A DNA stretch of 64,000 nucleotides. It comes from Bdellovibrionales bacterium. GTDB taxonomy: Bacteria > Bdellovibrionota > Bdellovibrionia > Bdellovibrionales > CAYMLA01. Location of the stretch: positions 1,152,001 through 1,216,000 of the forward strand of contig OZ244239.1 in NCBI GenBank assembly GCA_965217115.1. Reading direction: 5' to 3'. The notes under the pieces were generated by a model. It saw only the letters and a list, made by a program, of their open reading frames with translations, was not told the DNA's origin and ran no database searches. The stretch's first letter is position 1; every line of letters starts with the position of its first letter. Positions 9,197 to 20,742 of the stretch are shown piece after piece. The position numbers were made by a program, and so were the translations under genes.

Positions 9197-10672
9197 GTGA
9201 GTCTGAAAATGAAATTGTTTGTTTATTTATTAATGATCTCTGGAACTTCTCTAGCACAAGCGTCTAGTTTTGTTCTAGAAAAAACGATCAGTTTAACTGT
9301 CGGCGTCGTCCAAGATGAAAAGGTTCCCTTCATTCCAAAAAACTATAAATTTATTAAAGAAAAAGGCTTAAGTCGACTCACATCTATTGCCTATGATCCT
9401 AAAACTAAAACCATGCGTTTCAATCCTAAAAGGCCAGGATTCAAAACTCTCACCATTCGTGATGCCAAGCTTAACATTATTGGTCGAATCGGTATCGACG
9501 TCACCAAAAACCAACTCAGTAAAGTCGTTCGCGAACTGAAATCTCTTTTAGGAGATATTGAGGGCATTCAAATTAGGATTATTAATAATAAAGTCCTCAT
9601 TGATGGGCAAGTCCTACTGCCAAAAGATCTTAGCCGTATATATGTTGTTGTTAAGCAATACGGTGGTGTCGTATCTAGCCTTGTTACCATTAGTCCTCTA
9701 GCACAGAAAAAAATTGCTGCGTACATAGAGAGAGATATCAATAACCCTGAAATATCCGTACGCGCAGTGAATGGCAAGTTTATTCTTGAAGGTGTTGCTA
9801 AGAGCCAAGCTGAAAAAGATCGTTCATTATCTATTGCCTTTCTCTACGCTCCTGATGTTGTTTTAGAAGACAAAAATTCGGGCATAAAGAAAAGAAAAAT
9901 TGGAAATGCAAACATCATTGACCTTATTAAAATTAAAAAAGGTTCGACTCCTCCTCCTGGAAAAATGCTTCAAATTGTTCTTCATTACGTAGAATTGAAA
10001 AAAAATTATACCAAAGGTTTTCGCTTTCAATGGACACCATCTCTAGGTGATGAGTCAAAACTTCAATTTGAATCAAGTGGCCGATCCCCCTCTGGAGTCA
10101 TAAGCAGCATTACAGGAACCATCTCCAATTTGCTCCCTAAACTCAACTGGGCAAAACAACATGGTCATGCTAAAATTTTAAAAAGTTCCACGATCATTGT
10201 TCAAGATAAAAAACAAGGGTCCTTTAATTCTGTAACCCAAATTCCCTATCCAACAACCAGTGAAGGTGGACAGGTCGTTACAAAGCGTATTGATGTTGGC
10301 CTCAAGACCGTTGTCACACCACAGATCCTTGGCCCTCGCTCTGATAGTATCTCACTCGATGTAAACTTTAATATTGGAAGCGTCACTGGTTCCTCCGATG
10401 ATGGACCCCTCACTTCAAAAAATGATGTTAAAACAACGATTGTTCTACGCAGTGGCCAGAGCGCTGCCATTGCTGGTCTGATTTCCAATACTTCTGGAAT
10501 TGATTACAACAAATTACCTGATGGAGTCACTAATCCCATTGTCAGTCTTTACGCCTCTAAAGCTTTCGTGCGTAATCAAAGCCAATTTGTCGTCTTTGTC
10601 ACACCTATTATTAAAAGCTCTGCCAGCGCTGGGTCTGAAAAAATAAAACGAAAGTTTCGTCTGCGTAATTAA
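9197..10672 (+). CDS. cpaC: Tad secretin CpaC/RcpA with BON-like domains
   Basis: Signal peptide; secretin C-domain (TTIVLRSGQSAAIAGL, FVVFVTP). Confidence 0.85.
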   Translation: MSLKMKLFVYLLMISGTSLAQASSFVLEKTISLTVGVVQDEKVPFIPKNYKFIKEKGLSRLTSIAYDPKTKTMRFNPKRPGFKTLTIRDAKLNIIGRIGIDVTKNQLSKVVRELKSLLGDIEGIQIRIINNKVLIDGQVLLPKDLSRIYVVVKQYGGVVSSLVTISPLAQKKIAAYIERDINNPEISVRAVNGKFILEGVAKSQAEKDRSLSIAFLYAPDVVLEDKNSGIKKRKIGNANIIDLIKIKKGSTPPPGKMLQIVLHYVELKKNYTKGFRFQWTPSLGDESKLQFESSGRSPSGVISSITGTISNLLPKLNWAKQHGHAKILKSSTIIVQDKKQGSFNSVTQIPYPTTSEGGQVVTKRIDVGLKTVVTPQILGPRSDSISLDVNFNIGSVTGSSDDGPLTSKNDVKTTIVLRSGQSAAIAGLISNTSGIDYNKLPDGVTNPIVSLYASKAFVRNQSQFVVFVTPIIKSSASAGSEKIKRKFRLRN

Positions 10673-10761
10673 TAAACGACTTTTCAATAGTTGCTATTTT
10701 CTAAACTAATGTCTCATGTAGAAAAAAGTATTCTTGTCCGAAAAGTGTATTGGAGGTCTGT

Positions 10762-13014
10762 GTGGCTGTTAGTCCAAATTGTCACATTATAGGGGTTATA
10801 GGCGGAAAAGGTGGTGTCGGGAAAAGTGTTTTGGCCGCCAATTTAGCCTGTGCCCTACAAATTGAAATGCGCGCGCAGGTCCTTCTATTAGAGGCTGACT
10901 CTAAAAGCTGTGGGGACCAAAACGTCATTCTAGGTCTACGTCCGCCAAAAACACTCAACGATGTCTCAACATTCACTGGAGCCATAACTCCTCAATCTAT
11001 GGGAACAGTTGCCGCCAAACATCCCTGTGGTGTTCATTACGTTGGTGCTGTTATCACTCCAGAGGATATTATCAATCCCGATCCTATTCTTGTAAAAAAA
11101 CAAGTCGAAGCTTTTAGTCGCATTCACAAGTACATTGTTATCGACCTCGGCTGTGACCCCCAAGAATTACAAATGACTCTACTTGAGTCCTGTGATGCTC
11201 TGCTCGTTGTGACCGCCCCCGAAGTTCTTGTCGTCAATCAGACTCTCAAACTTCTTAATAACCTCACCACAGCAACTCTTCCAAGTGATATGATGCAAAT
11301 CGTGATCAACAAAGCAGGAAAAGGCTCCCTTTCTCCCCAGGTCATTCAAGGAACTCTAAAAAAACCAGTGATTGCCGCCATACCATCAGATGACATCACA
11401 ACAGCCAATAGCCTGCAACGCTCCACGCCTTTCATCGTTAGCCATCCAAAAACACCCATCTCTGCCTCTTACCACGATCTCGTTAGAAAACTCACTGGTG
11501 GACTTTTGCAAAGACTCAAATCAATTACCAAACCCTCTGTTTTATCAAAAAAAACAGCACGCGCCGACGACGCTTCAGACAATACGATATCCACGGCTTC
11601 ACCATCCCTCTCTCCTCTCATTCAACTTAAACTCCGCGTGCACAGCGAATTGATTAAAGCCATGGATCTTAAAAAAGGGGTTACCGACACCCAGGGAGAC
11701 CCCAACAAAGAGAAGGCCCTTAGACAAAAAACCCAACAGACTATCTCACAAATTGTCGACAAAACAGGTGGCGGACTCGCCCGAGAGGAGAGAATCAAAG
11801 TTATTAAGGAAGTTTTAGATGAAGCTCTCGGACTTGGACCTCTAGAAGATTTACTTTCCGATCATAACGTCACTGAAATTATGGTCAATGGTCACAATAA
11901 TATTTTTATAGAAAAACAAGGTAAGCTACAACTCTCAAAAATTAGCTTTACCTCCAATCTCCACTTAAGAAATGTTATCGAAAGAATTGTCACTCCTTTA
12001 GGAAGGCGAATTGATGAAAAAAGCCCCTACGTTGACGCTCGTCTTGCTGACGGTTCCCGTGTTAATGCTATCATCGAACCCCTCTCTATTGATGGACCAG
12101 CTCTTACAATTCGTAAATTCGCCAAAGACCCCATCACTGTAGATCATTATCTCAAATGGGGATCGATTAATAAACCCATTATTGATTTTCTCAAAATTTG
12201 TGTGGAACAAGGTCTTAACGTTGTTATTTCTGGAGGCACTGGCTCTGGTAAAACAACTCTTCTTAATACTCTTTCACGTTTTATTCCTAGCAACGAGCGC
12301 ATTATCACCATTGAGGATGCAGCTGAATTACAACTCGACCAAGAACATCTGGTTCGGTTAGAAACGAGACCGGCAAATATGGAAGGCACTGGTGCTATTT
12401 CAATTCGAGACCTGATTGTGAACTCTCTACGCATGAGACCAGATCGGATCGTCGTTGGAGAATGTCGTGACGGTGCCGCTTTAGATATGTTGCAAGCCAT
12501 GAACACAGGCCATGACGGCTCTATGACAACAACCCATGCCAATTCTCCTCGAGAGTGTCTTGCCCGTCTAGAAACTCTCTGCCTTATGGCCGGAATGGAA
12601 TTACCACTCAAAGCTATTCGTGAACAAATTGCAGGAGCCGTTAATCTTATCATACAGATCAGTCGCCTCTCCGATGGCTCAAGAAAAATCCTAAGCGTGA
12701 CCGAAGTCGTGGGAATGCAGGGGGAAACAATCACCTTGCAGGAAATTTTTCGCTACAAAGAAGAGGGTTTTGATAAAAATAGAAAGATTACCGGTCATTT
12801 CCAGGCCATGGGACTTATTCCGTCTTTTATTGAAAAACTTGAAGCAAAAGGAATTATGATTCCACGAAATATTTTTGTTAATTCACCAAAAGAGGTAAAA
12901 TCCACTTCTAATCCCTCTGTCACAAATAAAAAGGTGCAGCCCCTGACACCCAGAATTCCCCCTCGAAAACCCCTTGGTTTTAAAAAAACGGGGACTGATG
13001 GGAGTAACACCTAA
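10762..13014 (+). CDS. tadA: Fused CpaE/TadZ (ParA-like) and CpaF/TadA pilus ATPase
   Basis: N-terminal deviant Walker A GGKGGVGKS; C-terminal GGTGSGKTT, LRMRPDRIVVGECR, AMNTGHDGSMTTTHAN. GTG start follows GGAGG. Confidence 0.92.
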   Translation: MAVSPNCHIIGVIGGKGGVGKSVLAANLACALQIEMRAQVLLLEADSKSCGDQNVILGLRPPKTLNDVSTFTGAITPQSMGTVAAKHPCGVHYVGAVITPEDIINPDPILVKKQVEAFSRIHKYIVIDLGCDPQELQMTLLESCDALLVVTAPEVLVVNQTLKLLNNLTTATLPSDMMQIVINKAGKGSLSPQVIQGTLKKPVIAAIPSDDITTANSLQRSTPFIVSHPKTPISASYHDLVRKLTGGLLQRLKSITKPSVLSKKTARADDASDNTISTASPSLSPLIQLKLRVHSELIKAMDLKKGVTDTQGDPNKEKALRQKTQQTISQIVDKTGGGLAREERIKVIKEVLDEALGLGPLEDLLSDHNVTEIMVNGHNNIFIEKQGKLQLSKISFTSNLHLRNVIERIVTPLGRRIDEKSPYVDARLADGSRVNAIIEPLSIDGPALTIRKFAKDPITVDHYLKWGSINKPIIDFLKICVEQGLNVVISGGTGSGKTTLLNTLSRFIPSNERIITIEDAAELQLDQEHLVRLETRPANMEGTGAISIRDLIVNSLRMRPDRIVVGECRDGAALDMLQAMNTGHDGSMTTTHANSPRECLARLETLCLMAGMELPLKAIREQIAGAVNLIIQISRLSDGSRKILSVTEVVGMQGETITLQEIFRYKEEGFDKNRKITGHFQAMGLIPSFIEKLEAKGIMIPRNIFVNSPKEVKSTSNPSVTNKKVQPLTPRIPPRKPLGFKKTGTDGSNT

Positions 13015-13892
13015 TGCTTTCATTTTTTACCCAAAACTGGGTCTTTGAAATTACTATTGGCCTTATTGTTTTTACTATTTCACTTCTATACTCAAACCGT
13101 ATTATCTCTTGGCTTGCACAAAAAAGCCTTGGACAGAGACAAACTGTCCTCGAACTGCTTGACAAAATGTTCGTTGAAATCAATGAAAAACAAGTGACAT
13201 ATGCCATGCTCAGCATCTCCTTTGGGTTTGGATTTCTCGTTTTTCTCGCTCTTTGGCCTAACATCATTCCCGGAATTTTATTTGCCTCTATTGTCACCAT
13301 TGTTGGGTGGTCAATTCCAAAAATATTGATTCAAACTCTCTACGAAAAAAGGTGTGATCGCTTTGTAGATCAAATGCTTGATGCCATGACCATAATGGCC
13401 AATGGAGTCAAAAGCGGTCTCAGCGTTTCTCAATGTCTGGAGCGTGTTTCAGACAATCTTCAAAACCCCATTAGCCAAGAATTTGGCCTCGTTCTGTCAC
13501 AAATACGTCTTGGCCGCAGCCTTGAAGAGGCCCTCGTGGAGCTCAACGAGAGAGTCCCTCGACCTGATGTGCAGATGTTCGTTACTTCCGTTAATATTTT
13601 AAAAGAGACAGGGGGAAACCTCGCCGAAACTTTTGTCACCATTACAAGCACCATTCGTGAACGACAAAAAGTTCAGAAAAAAATTGAATCCCTCACTGCC
13701 CAAGGCCTTATGCAAGGGCTCATTATCAGCCTCGTCCCCTTTGCTTTGCTTATTCTTTTCCTATTAATTGATCCAGCCTTTGTTATGCCACTTTTCACTA
13801 AGCCATTAGGCTGGTTTTTCCTATTCATAATGCTAGGACTGCAAGCTGTTGGTGGCTTTATGATTCGTAAGATTGTTAAAATTGATGTGTAG
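13014..13892 (+). CDS. tadB: TadB inner-membrane platform protein (T2SS F domain)
   Basis: ETGGNLAE motif, TM helices, position after tadA. Confidence 0.9.
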   Translation: MLSFFTQNWVFEITIGLIVFTISLLYSNRIISWLAQKSLGQRQTVLELLDKMFVEINEKQVTYAMLSISFGFGFLVFLALWPNIIPGILFASIVTIVGWSIPKILIQTLYEKRCDRFVDQMLDAMTIMANGVKSGLSVSQCLERVSDNLQNPISQEFGLVLSQIRLGRSLEEALVELNERVPRPDVQMFVTSVNILKETGGNLAETFVTITSTIRERQKVQKKIESLTAQGLMQGLIISLVPFALLILFLLIDPAFVMPLFTKPLGWFFLFIMLGLQAVGGFMIRKIVKIDV

Positions 13893-13910
13893 ATACTCTA
13901 TGGAGGTTTT

Positions 13911-15569
13911 GTGAAAATATTTTTATCATCTCTTGTCTTTCTTTTTATCAGCTCTACGGCATTCTCAATTGTCGATATGAGAAATGCTAATTATGCCGAC
14001 ACCTGGCCAGACCTCATCGCCCCTGGCAATGGCTTTGATCTTCGAGTCGCGAGAACCTACAACAGTCGTTCATTATTCAATGGTATGTTCGGCTTCGGCT
14101 GGTGTTCTGATTTCGAGACAACCATTAAAACCACTCCTGAAGGCAATATCAAGCTCACTGAGTGTGGTGGTGGATTAGAGGTTGTTTATCTTCCTAAAAA
14201 TTTCAACCCTAAATCCATAGAAAAAACCATTGATAAAATAATCACAAAGGTTCGCAAAAAAGAACGTCGCAACCCCGCATATCTGTCATCTCTCTCTAAG
14301 CAGCTAAGACAAGATTTAAAATTAAGAGAGAAATATTCACAAAAATATTCCATAAAAGAAAAGTTTAACCCCTCTGGGAAGAAATTCTACGCTAATGGCA
14401 AAGAGATTGATCATTTCTTCATAAAAAATAATTTTTTTCATCGAATTCTACCAGATGGTTCAAAAGAGATTTTCAACAAAAAAGGGCGACTTGTTCGCAA
14501 GATAGACAAAAACAGGAATTTTCTAAAACTCACCTATAAAAAAAATCTTTTAAAAGAAATCATTGATAACAATGGTCGCAAACTTCTTTTTAAATATTAC
14601 TCTAATAGAAAAAAAGTACGACAAATTTTGGGACCCAATGGACTCAAATCTGAGTACAAGTTTAAAAATTTTGATGATCTTATCTGGGTTAAAAATTCGT
14701 GGAACAACACTTATAAACTCGCTTACGATGATCTTCATAATTTACTGAAATTAGACTACCCAGACAAAACAACTAAGGAAATTACTTATAATACTAAAAA
14801 AGACTGGGTGACTAGCTTTAAAGACCGTGAAGGGTGTTTGGAAACCTATAAATACGGCGAAGACAAAAAAAAACCTGAATTTCACTACTGGTCTATCGTT
14901 AAAAAAGTTTGCGGAAAAAAAATCGTCAATAACAGTCGTTATGAGTTTTGGTACAAAAAACGTTCTTCTGACAAGAAGCCCTACCTCTATCGCGTTTTTT
15001 CAAAAATAAACTCTAACGTCACAGATATTCTATATCACGAGATTTTTGGCAAACCGATTAGTCTCCGACATAATAACAACAAAACAACTCTTTCCTATTT
15101 TTCTAACGGACTGCTTAGAAGTAAAAGAACATCCGAAAAATTATTAACTTTCAAATACAATAATAAATTTAAATCTGTTTCTGAAGTGACTTCTATTTTT
15201 TACAACACTAAAGGCAAAAAGATAAAATCTCGCTCCACTAGTTTTGACTACGATGGAAAAGGAAACTTAATGTTTGCCAAAAACACCGACGGCCAGAAAA
15301 TTTGGCTCACCCATGACTCCAAAGGTCGAATTTCTTCAATAAAAGATCAGGCTAAAAAAATCGTGCGAATCAAGTACGAAAGCCGATTCGGCAAACCCTC
15401 TTATGTAAGCCGACCTGGGCTCGGCTCTATTAAGGTCACCTACAAATTGGACGGAACTATTAAACAAGTTAAAAGCAAAGAGGGCCCAAGAATAGCCATA
15501 CAAGTCGCCAGTACCTTTAACAACCTCTTAGATATTGTTGCCCCAGCAACAACAGAAGTTTCTTTATAA
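13911..15569 (+). CDS. Secreted RHS/YD-repeat protein (DUF6531-like N-terminus), Bd0109-like
   Basis: Signal peptide; RTYNSRS...GMFGFGW motif; YD repeats (YDDLHNL, YDGKGNL, HDSKGRI); position at end of tad operon. Confidence 0.85.
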   Translation: MKIFLSSLVFLFISSTAFSIVDMRNANYADTWPDLIAPGNGFDLRVARTYNSRSLFNGMFGFGWCSDFETTIKTTPEGNIKLTECGGGLEVVYLPKNFNPKSIEKTIDKIITKVRKKERRNPAYLSSLSKQLRQDLKLREKYSQKYSIKEKFNPSGKKFYANGKEIDHFFIKNNFFHRILPDGSKEIFNKKGRLVRKIDKNRNFLKLTYKKNLLKEIIDNNGRKLLFKYYSNRKKVRQILGPNGLKSEYKFKNFDDLIWVKNSWNNTYKLAYDDLHNLLKLDYPDKTTKEITYNTKKDWVTSFKDREGCLETYKYGEDKKKPEFHYWSIVKKVCGKKIVNNSRYEFWYKKRSSDKKPYLYRVFSKINSNVTDILYHEIFGKPISLRHNNNKTTLSYFSNGLLRSKRTSEKLLTFKYNNKFKSVSEVTSIFYNTKGKKIKSRSTSFDYDGKGNLMFAKNTDGQKIWLTHDSKGRISSIKDQAKKIVRIKYESRFGKPSYVSRPGLGSIKVTYKLDGTIKQVKSKEGPRIAIQVASTFNNLLDIVAPATTEVSL

Positions 15570-15579
15570 GGAGATCAAA

Positions 15580-15873
15580 ATGAAATTTTTAGTTTTAACC
15601 ACCATCTTTATCTTGTCTTTTTATGCTATAACCGATGATTCTTTTGCTGAACCCAATAAGAACGATCCCAATCTACAAATAGTGACCCCCCAATCTCCTA
15701 TCAGCCAAGCCACATTCTCTAATAATGGTGTTTTTGCAACCAGCGATGGTATTCCTCAAAAATGCTCTCAAAACTGTACTGGCGACAATGCTGCTTCCGT
15801 CTTAAGGGGAGAGGATTCAAATCCGGAGACCAGCACCCATTCGGCGGGGTCTACAGAAAATACTGTTCAATAA
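15580..15873 (+). CDS. Small secreted, probably disordered protein with a Cys pair; positional equivalent of Bdellovibrio hit (Bd0108)
   Basis: AAGGAG RBS, signal peptide, 97 aa polar sequence with CSQNC, directly after the RHS gene. Confidence 0.65.
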   Translation: MKFLVLTTIFILSFYAITDDSFAEPNKNDPNLQIVTPQSPISQATFSNNGVFATSDGIPQKCSQNCTGDNAASVLRGEDSNPETSTHSAGSTENTVQ

Positions 15874-15883
15874 CAGAGACTTA

Positions 15884-15909
15884 TCAACTGCTTCTGCAGT
15901 TGACCTTTT
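15884..15909 (+). terminator. Putative intrinsic terminator of the tad/hit operon
   Basis: TCAACTGC-ttct-GCAGTTGA hairpin followed by CCTTTT. Confidence 0.5.
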
Positions 15910-16125
15910 GCGCTCTTTTGCTGTAAACTCTTTTTTCATACCGTAACCACTTGTTTTTACTTCTATTTATCAGTTCTCCCTCCCCTTTCCCCGACCTTCT
16001 TTAAAAACCCTTAATGCACGATCGACTCTTTTGGACGTGATTTCAAGCATCTCTCCCCTTATTTTCCTCTCTAAATATCTGTTAATACACGACTAATCAG
16101 GGTTTCCTGATTCCTGCTGTCTCTG

Positions 16126-16141
16126 TGGCACAGTTGTCGCT
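16126..16141 (+). promoter_or_regulatory. Putative sigma54 (-24/-12) promoter
   Basis: TGGCAC-AGTTG-TCGCT with exact GG-N10-GC spacing, about 55 bp upstream of the 62-aa secreted peptide. Confidence 0.55.
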
Positions 16142-16195
16142 TTACTTCTAAGTATAAAGAAATAATTGATTCAATTAACTAAGGAGACCTGAACA

Positions 16196-16384
16196 ATGAA
16201 ATCTATTCTTATCGCCACAATCACTCTTTTGGCCCTAAACTCTTTCGGTGATGACCACACTAACCCTGTAAACGGCACAGAGGTTGACTGTCCCCATAAA
16301 TTAGAAACGGGGAGAAACACTGACACCAACCCTGAAAAAGAGACCCCTGCCCATTCAACAGGAACTACGAAAGTTATCCGATAA
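16196..16384 (+). CDS. Small secreted peptide (hit-like)
   Basis: AAGGAG RBS, signal peptide MKSILIATITLLALNSFG, polar tail NPEKETPAHSTGTT resembling the tail of 15580-15873; own promoter and terminator. Confidence 0.7.
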   Translation: MKSILIATITLLALNSFGDDHTNPVNGTEVDCPHKLETGRNTDTNPEKETPAHSTGTTKVIR

Positions 16385-16403
16385 TTATTTATCAATCAAT
16401 CAA

Positions 16404-16438
16404 GGAAGAGCGTCGAATTGATCGCTCTTCTTCTTTTT
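16404..16438 (+). terminator. Intrinsic terminator
   Basis: GAAGAGCG...CGCTCTTC hairpin followed by TTCTTTTT. Confidence 0.6.
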
Positions 16439-16473
16439 GGGTTTGGAGCTTGAGTGCAAATCCATAATTGCAC

Positions 16474-16839
16474 TCATCCATCGCTGTGTTTTTGCAGTAC
16501 CTCTATAACTTCTGGGCCTTGAAATGGCTTCGTAATATAATCCACACAACCAGCCTTCTTCGCTTTTGGCATCATTATATCTCGATCCATCGTAGAAATT
16601 CCTATGATTTTAGCTTGAGGATTTTGAGCTAAGATTTCCTTTGTCGCTTCTAGTCCATTTTTTTCTGGCATCGACATATCCATTAAAACAATATCGGGAG
16701 AGTGAGTATTATAAGCTTCCACAGCTAATTGGCCATTTTCAGCCTCGGCGACAACCTTCATACCACTGTCTTCAATCAATCTTTTTAAAATTTCACGAAT
16801 GAAAGAGGCATCATCGACAATAAGAATCGTTACTAACAT
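16474..16839 (-). CDS. Single-domain response regulator (CheY-like)
   Basis: ILIVDD, DIVLMDMSMP, ITKPF receiver motifs. Confidence 0.92.
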   Translation of the reverse strand: MLVTILIVDDASFIREILKRLIEDSGMKVVAEAENGQLAVEAYNTHSPDIVLMDMSMPEKNGLEATKEILAQNPQAKIIGISTMDRDIMMPKAKKAGCVDYITKPFQGPEVIEVLQKHSDG

Positions 16840-16907
16840 AAACTTAGTATAGGTGATGATCGTAATTTGAGGGAGTCCTCTTTGTTCCTACCAGTCTATC
16901 GTCTGTA

Positions 16908-17966
16908 CTAGCTTCCCCAGCGATAGCCAAAGGATAAGGTGCTCATTACTTGTTTTACAGAGGTATTCGTTGGAATTTGACCTGTCTTTGGCTCAGGCTC
17001 GCTTACCGGCCCTGAAAAAATATTTTTCTCTGAAGATACTTCCAAATTCCAAAAAAAGCTTTCTCCTTTTGAAAGTTCATAGTCACAGCCTAAACTTATG
17101 CTTAACTCGCTCGCTTGAGCATCTGTCCCTGAACTTAAAGAAAAACGATTCGTATCCTTTTCTCTGTGAAGCAGTTTAGGAGCTAGCGCCACCCCTAAAT
17201 CCCATGATTTTTTTTCTGTCACTGGTATTTTTATTTTCAGCCGCAGGCCAAAACCAGATGTCCTCAAGTTCACTCTGTTCTCTTCTTCAGAAGAAACTTT
17301 AAAATTATTTTCTAAAAAAAATATCCCATAAAACAAAGAAGTTGTTTTCTTTCCCGTCCAGTAGGTTTTCTTTATGTCAAGACCCACCTTAACTCTCTTG
17401 TCATCCACTCCCACTCGATTTTTTCCTTGAGAAGAAATGTCGGCCTCTAAAGACGTTGTGTATTTACCCCAAAGAGAAAACTCTTTGTCCAAGGCAAGTC
17501 GTGTCGACACAACAAGACCATGGCTAAAAAAATTATACTCTCTAAAGGAATAGTTACTCGACGAGTCTAAATACAAAAAGGCAGGAGCTATCTCTAGATC
17601 AAAAAACCCTTTTTTCCCATGGGTCTTTGTCTCTTTTTTATGAGCATGCTTTAACTCCACAGAGACTAACTCGGTTTTTTCTTTATTATCTCTAACCTCT
17701 TCTGGCAAAGACTTAACCTCTTCTGGCAGGGATTTAACCTCTTCTGGCAAGGGTTTAACCTCAACGGTCACTTCAGGTACCTCTGTCTCCACATCTCTTA
17801 TTTCAATGATCTCTGCCTCTGGTTTTTTCGTATAGCGCCCAGAGGAGGTTGGCTCAGCGCCCGACGCTCCATCTAAAAGAACAGAACTGGACGGGTCCAG
17901 CTGGGCAGAAACAAAACCACTCGATAACCAGACTAAAGTCCAAATAAATATGAAAAAAGGTTTCAT
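16908..17966 (-). CDS. Putative outer-membrane beta-barrel protein
   Basis: Signal peptide, acidic linker, alternating beta-strands, C-terminal LSFGYRW motif. Confidence 0.6.
   Translation of the reverse strand: MKPFFIFIWTLVWLSSGFVSAQLDPSSSVLLDGASGAEPTSSGRYTKKPEAEIIEIRDVETEVPEVTVEVKPLPEEVKSLPEEVKSLPEEVRDNKEKTELVSVELKHAHKKETKTHGKKGFFDLEIAPAFLYLDSSSNYSFREYNFFSHGLVVSTRLALDKEFSLWGKYTTSLEADISSQGKNRVGVDDKRVKVGLDIKKTYWTGKKTTSLFYGIFFLENNFKVSSEEENRVNLRTSGFGLRLKIKIPVTEKKSWDLGVALAPKLLHREKDTNRFSLSSGTDAQASELSISLGCDYELSKGESFFWNLEVSSEKNIFSGPVSEPEPKTGQIPTNTSVKQVMSTLSFGYRWGS
17693..17762. repeat. 21-bp tandem repeat x3.3 encoding EVK(P/S)LPE
   Basis: TAACCTCTTCTGGCAnnGnnT units at 17693, 17714 and 17735, plus a partial unit at 17756. 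Confidence 0.9.
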
Positions 17967-17973
17967 AGTAGTT

Positions 17974-18000
17974 AGATCGGATTTTTAACAAAATTCTTTA
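17974..18000 (-). promoter_or_regulatory. Putative sigma28-type promoter
   Basis: Minus strand TAAA-N15-TCCGATCT immediately upstream of 16908-17966. Confidence 0.35.
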
Positions 18001-18086
18001 TATTAAACACCCACTCTTTTCCAATAGGCAAAATATAATTGGCCTCTCTCGTCCTCAAACAACCCATGTCTTCTGAATCTTCAAAT

Positions 18087-18119
18087 AAAAAAAGCCCGGA
18101 AATATCTCCAGGCTTTTTT
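18087..18119 (-). terminator. Intrinsic terminator of groESL
   Basis: Minus strand AGCCTGGA-gatatt-TCCGGGCT hairpin followed by a T run. Confidence 0.75.
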
Positions 18120-18149
18120 AACTTTAATTTATTTAACGACGAATATCGC

Positions 18150-19805
<1,656 letters not shown>

Positions 19806-19834
19806 TTATTTTTCATTTAATTTAATTGTTTTTT

Positions 19835-20137
19835 TTACTTACTATTAATGACACCTAAAACATCTTCTTCTCTCATCATCAGAAGTTCTTCTCCCTCAAA
19901 CTTAAGTTCAGTGCCGGCGTACTTGGCAAAAAGAACTTCATCGCCAATTTTAACTTCTAAAGGAAGAACTTTTCCCCCCTCAAGAACTCGTCCATTACCT
20001 GTGGCTATAATTTCACCTTTTTGAGGCTTTTCTTTAGCCGAATCAGGGATGAAAAGTCCACCCGCTGTTTTCTCGTCTTCTGTTTTACGACGTACTAAGA
20101 TGCGATCATGGAGTGGTCTCACTTTTAATTTTCCCAT
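19835..20137 (-). CDS. groS: Co-chaperonin GroES
   Basis: [23 protein letters not shown]. Confidence 0.99.
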   Translation of the reverse strand: MGKLKVRPLHDRILVRRKTEDEKTAGGLFIPDSAKEKPQKGEIIATGNGRVLEGGKVLPLEVKIGDEVLFAKYAGTELKFEGEELLMMREEDVLGVINSK

Positions 20138-20394
20138 AGTATTCCTCCTACTGCAGATTTGTTAATATCATTTTTCATGACAGCAGCAATATGAAGCCTC
20201 TCCCTAAATAGTCAAGACAACAGCTCTATAATTTTTAATTTTTTTTGCCCTAAACCGATAAAACTCTTTAATTCTAATGTGTTAACTTTGTCTGTTTTCC
20301 CACAAACTCTCCACTCCCTAGGACCAGAGAAACACCTCCCCACGGAAAAAGGCCCTTTTCTCTTAAATCTCAGTCATATTAGCCGTTTAAAAAA

Positions 20395-20417
20395 TAAATG
20401 GCGGAGGAACGGGGATT
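20395..20417. repeat. att-like direct repeat: duplicated 3' end of tRNA-Ser
   Basis: TAAATGGCGGAGGAACGGGGATT, identical to 54708-54730. Confidence 0.9.
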
Positions 20418-20742
20418 GGTTGTCTCCTCTGCCAACTATTTGAAATAATTAATAAAACTTAGTAACCACAAGAACCTGCCAAGCCTCTAGCCTCTACCCA
20501 AGCCCACTGATATCCATGGAAATAGACTCTAAGTGGTCCCATTGGGCGCAAGTTTTTTAACCACAAGCACTCTGACCGTCTCCCAAGAATCCGTACCACT
20601 TTTAAAGTGTATTATGATAGATTACCTTCAATCCAAAAAAGTTCGAAATTGGACTGAGGGTTATTTCTATTACTAACTAAATAGAGGTAAAATGAAACTG
20701 GTCAAAATCAATGTTGGTTCTATTTCTAGCTAAGAGGTTTTT

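Noticed and set aside
12147..12734. 195-aa minus-strand ORF, and many similar short ORFs antisense to tadA, groL, murA and others
   Set aside because: Shadow frames of well-supported genes, with no motifs or RBS.
13911..15873. RHS toxin-immunity pair
   Set aside because: The RHS protein is short and Sec-exported with no DPxG motif or toxin tip, and the downstream peptide has a signal peptide. The layout fits a hit-type locus better.
20188..20217. Heat-shock (sigma32-like) promoter CTTGAC-N14-CTTCATAT or CIRCE upstream of groES
   Set aside because: No CIRCE inverted repeat is present, and the sigma32 match is plausible but too degenerate to call.
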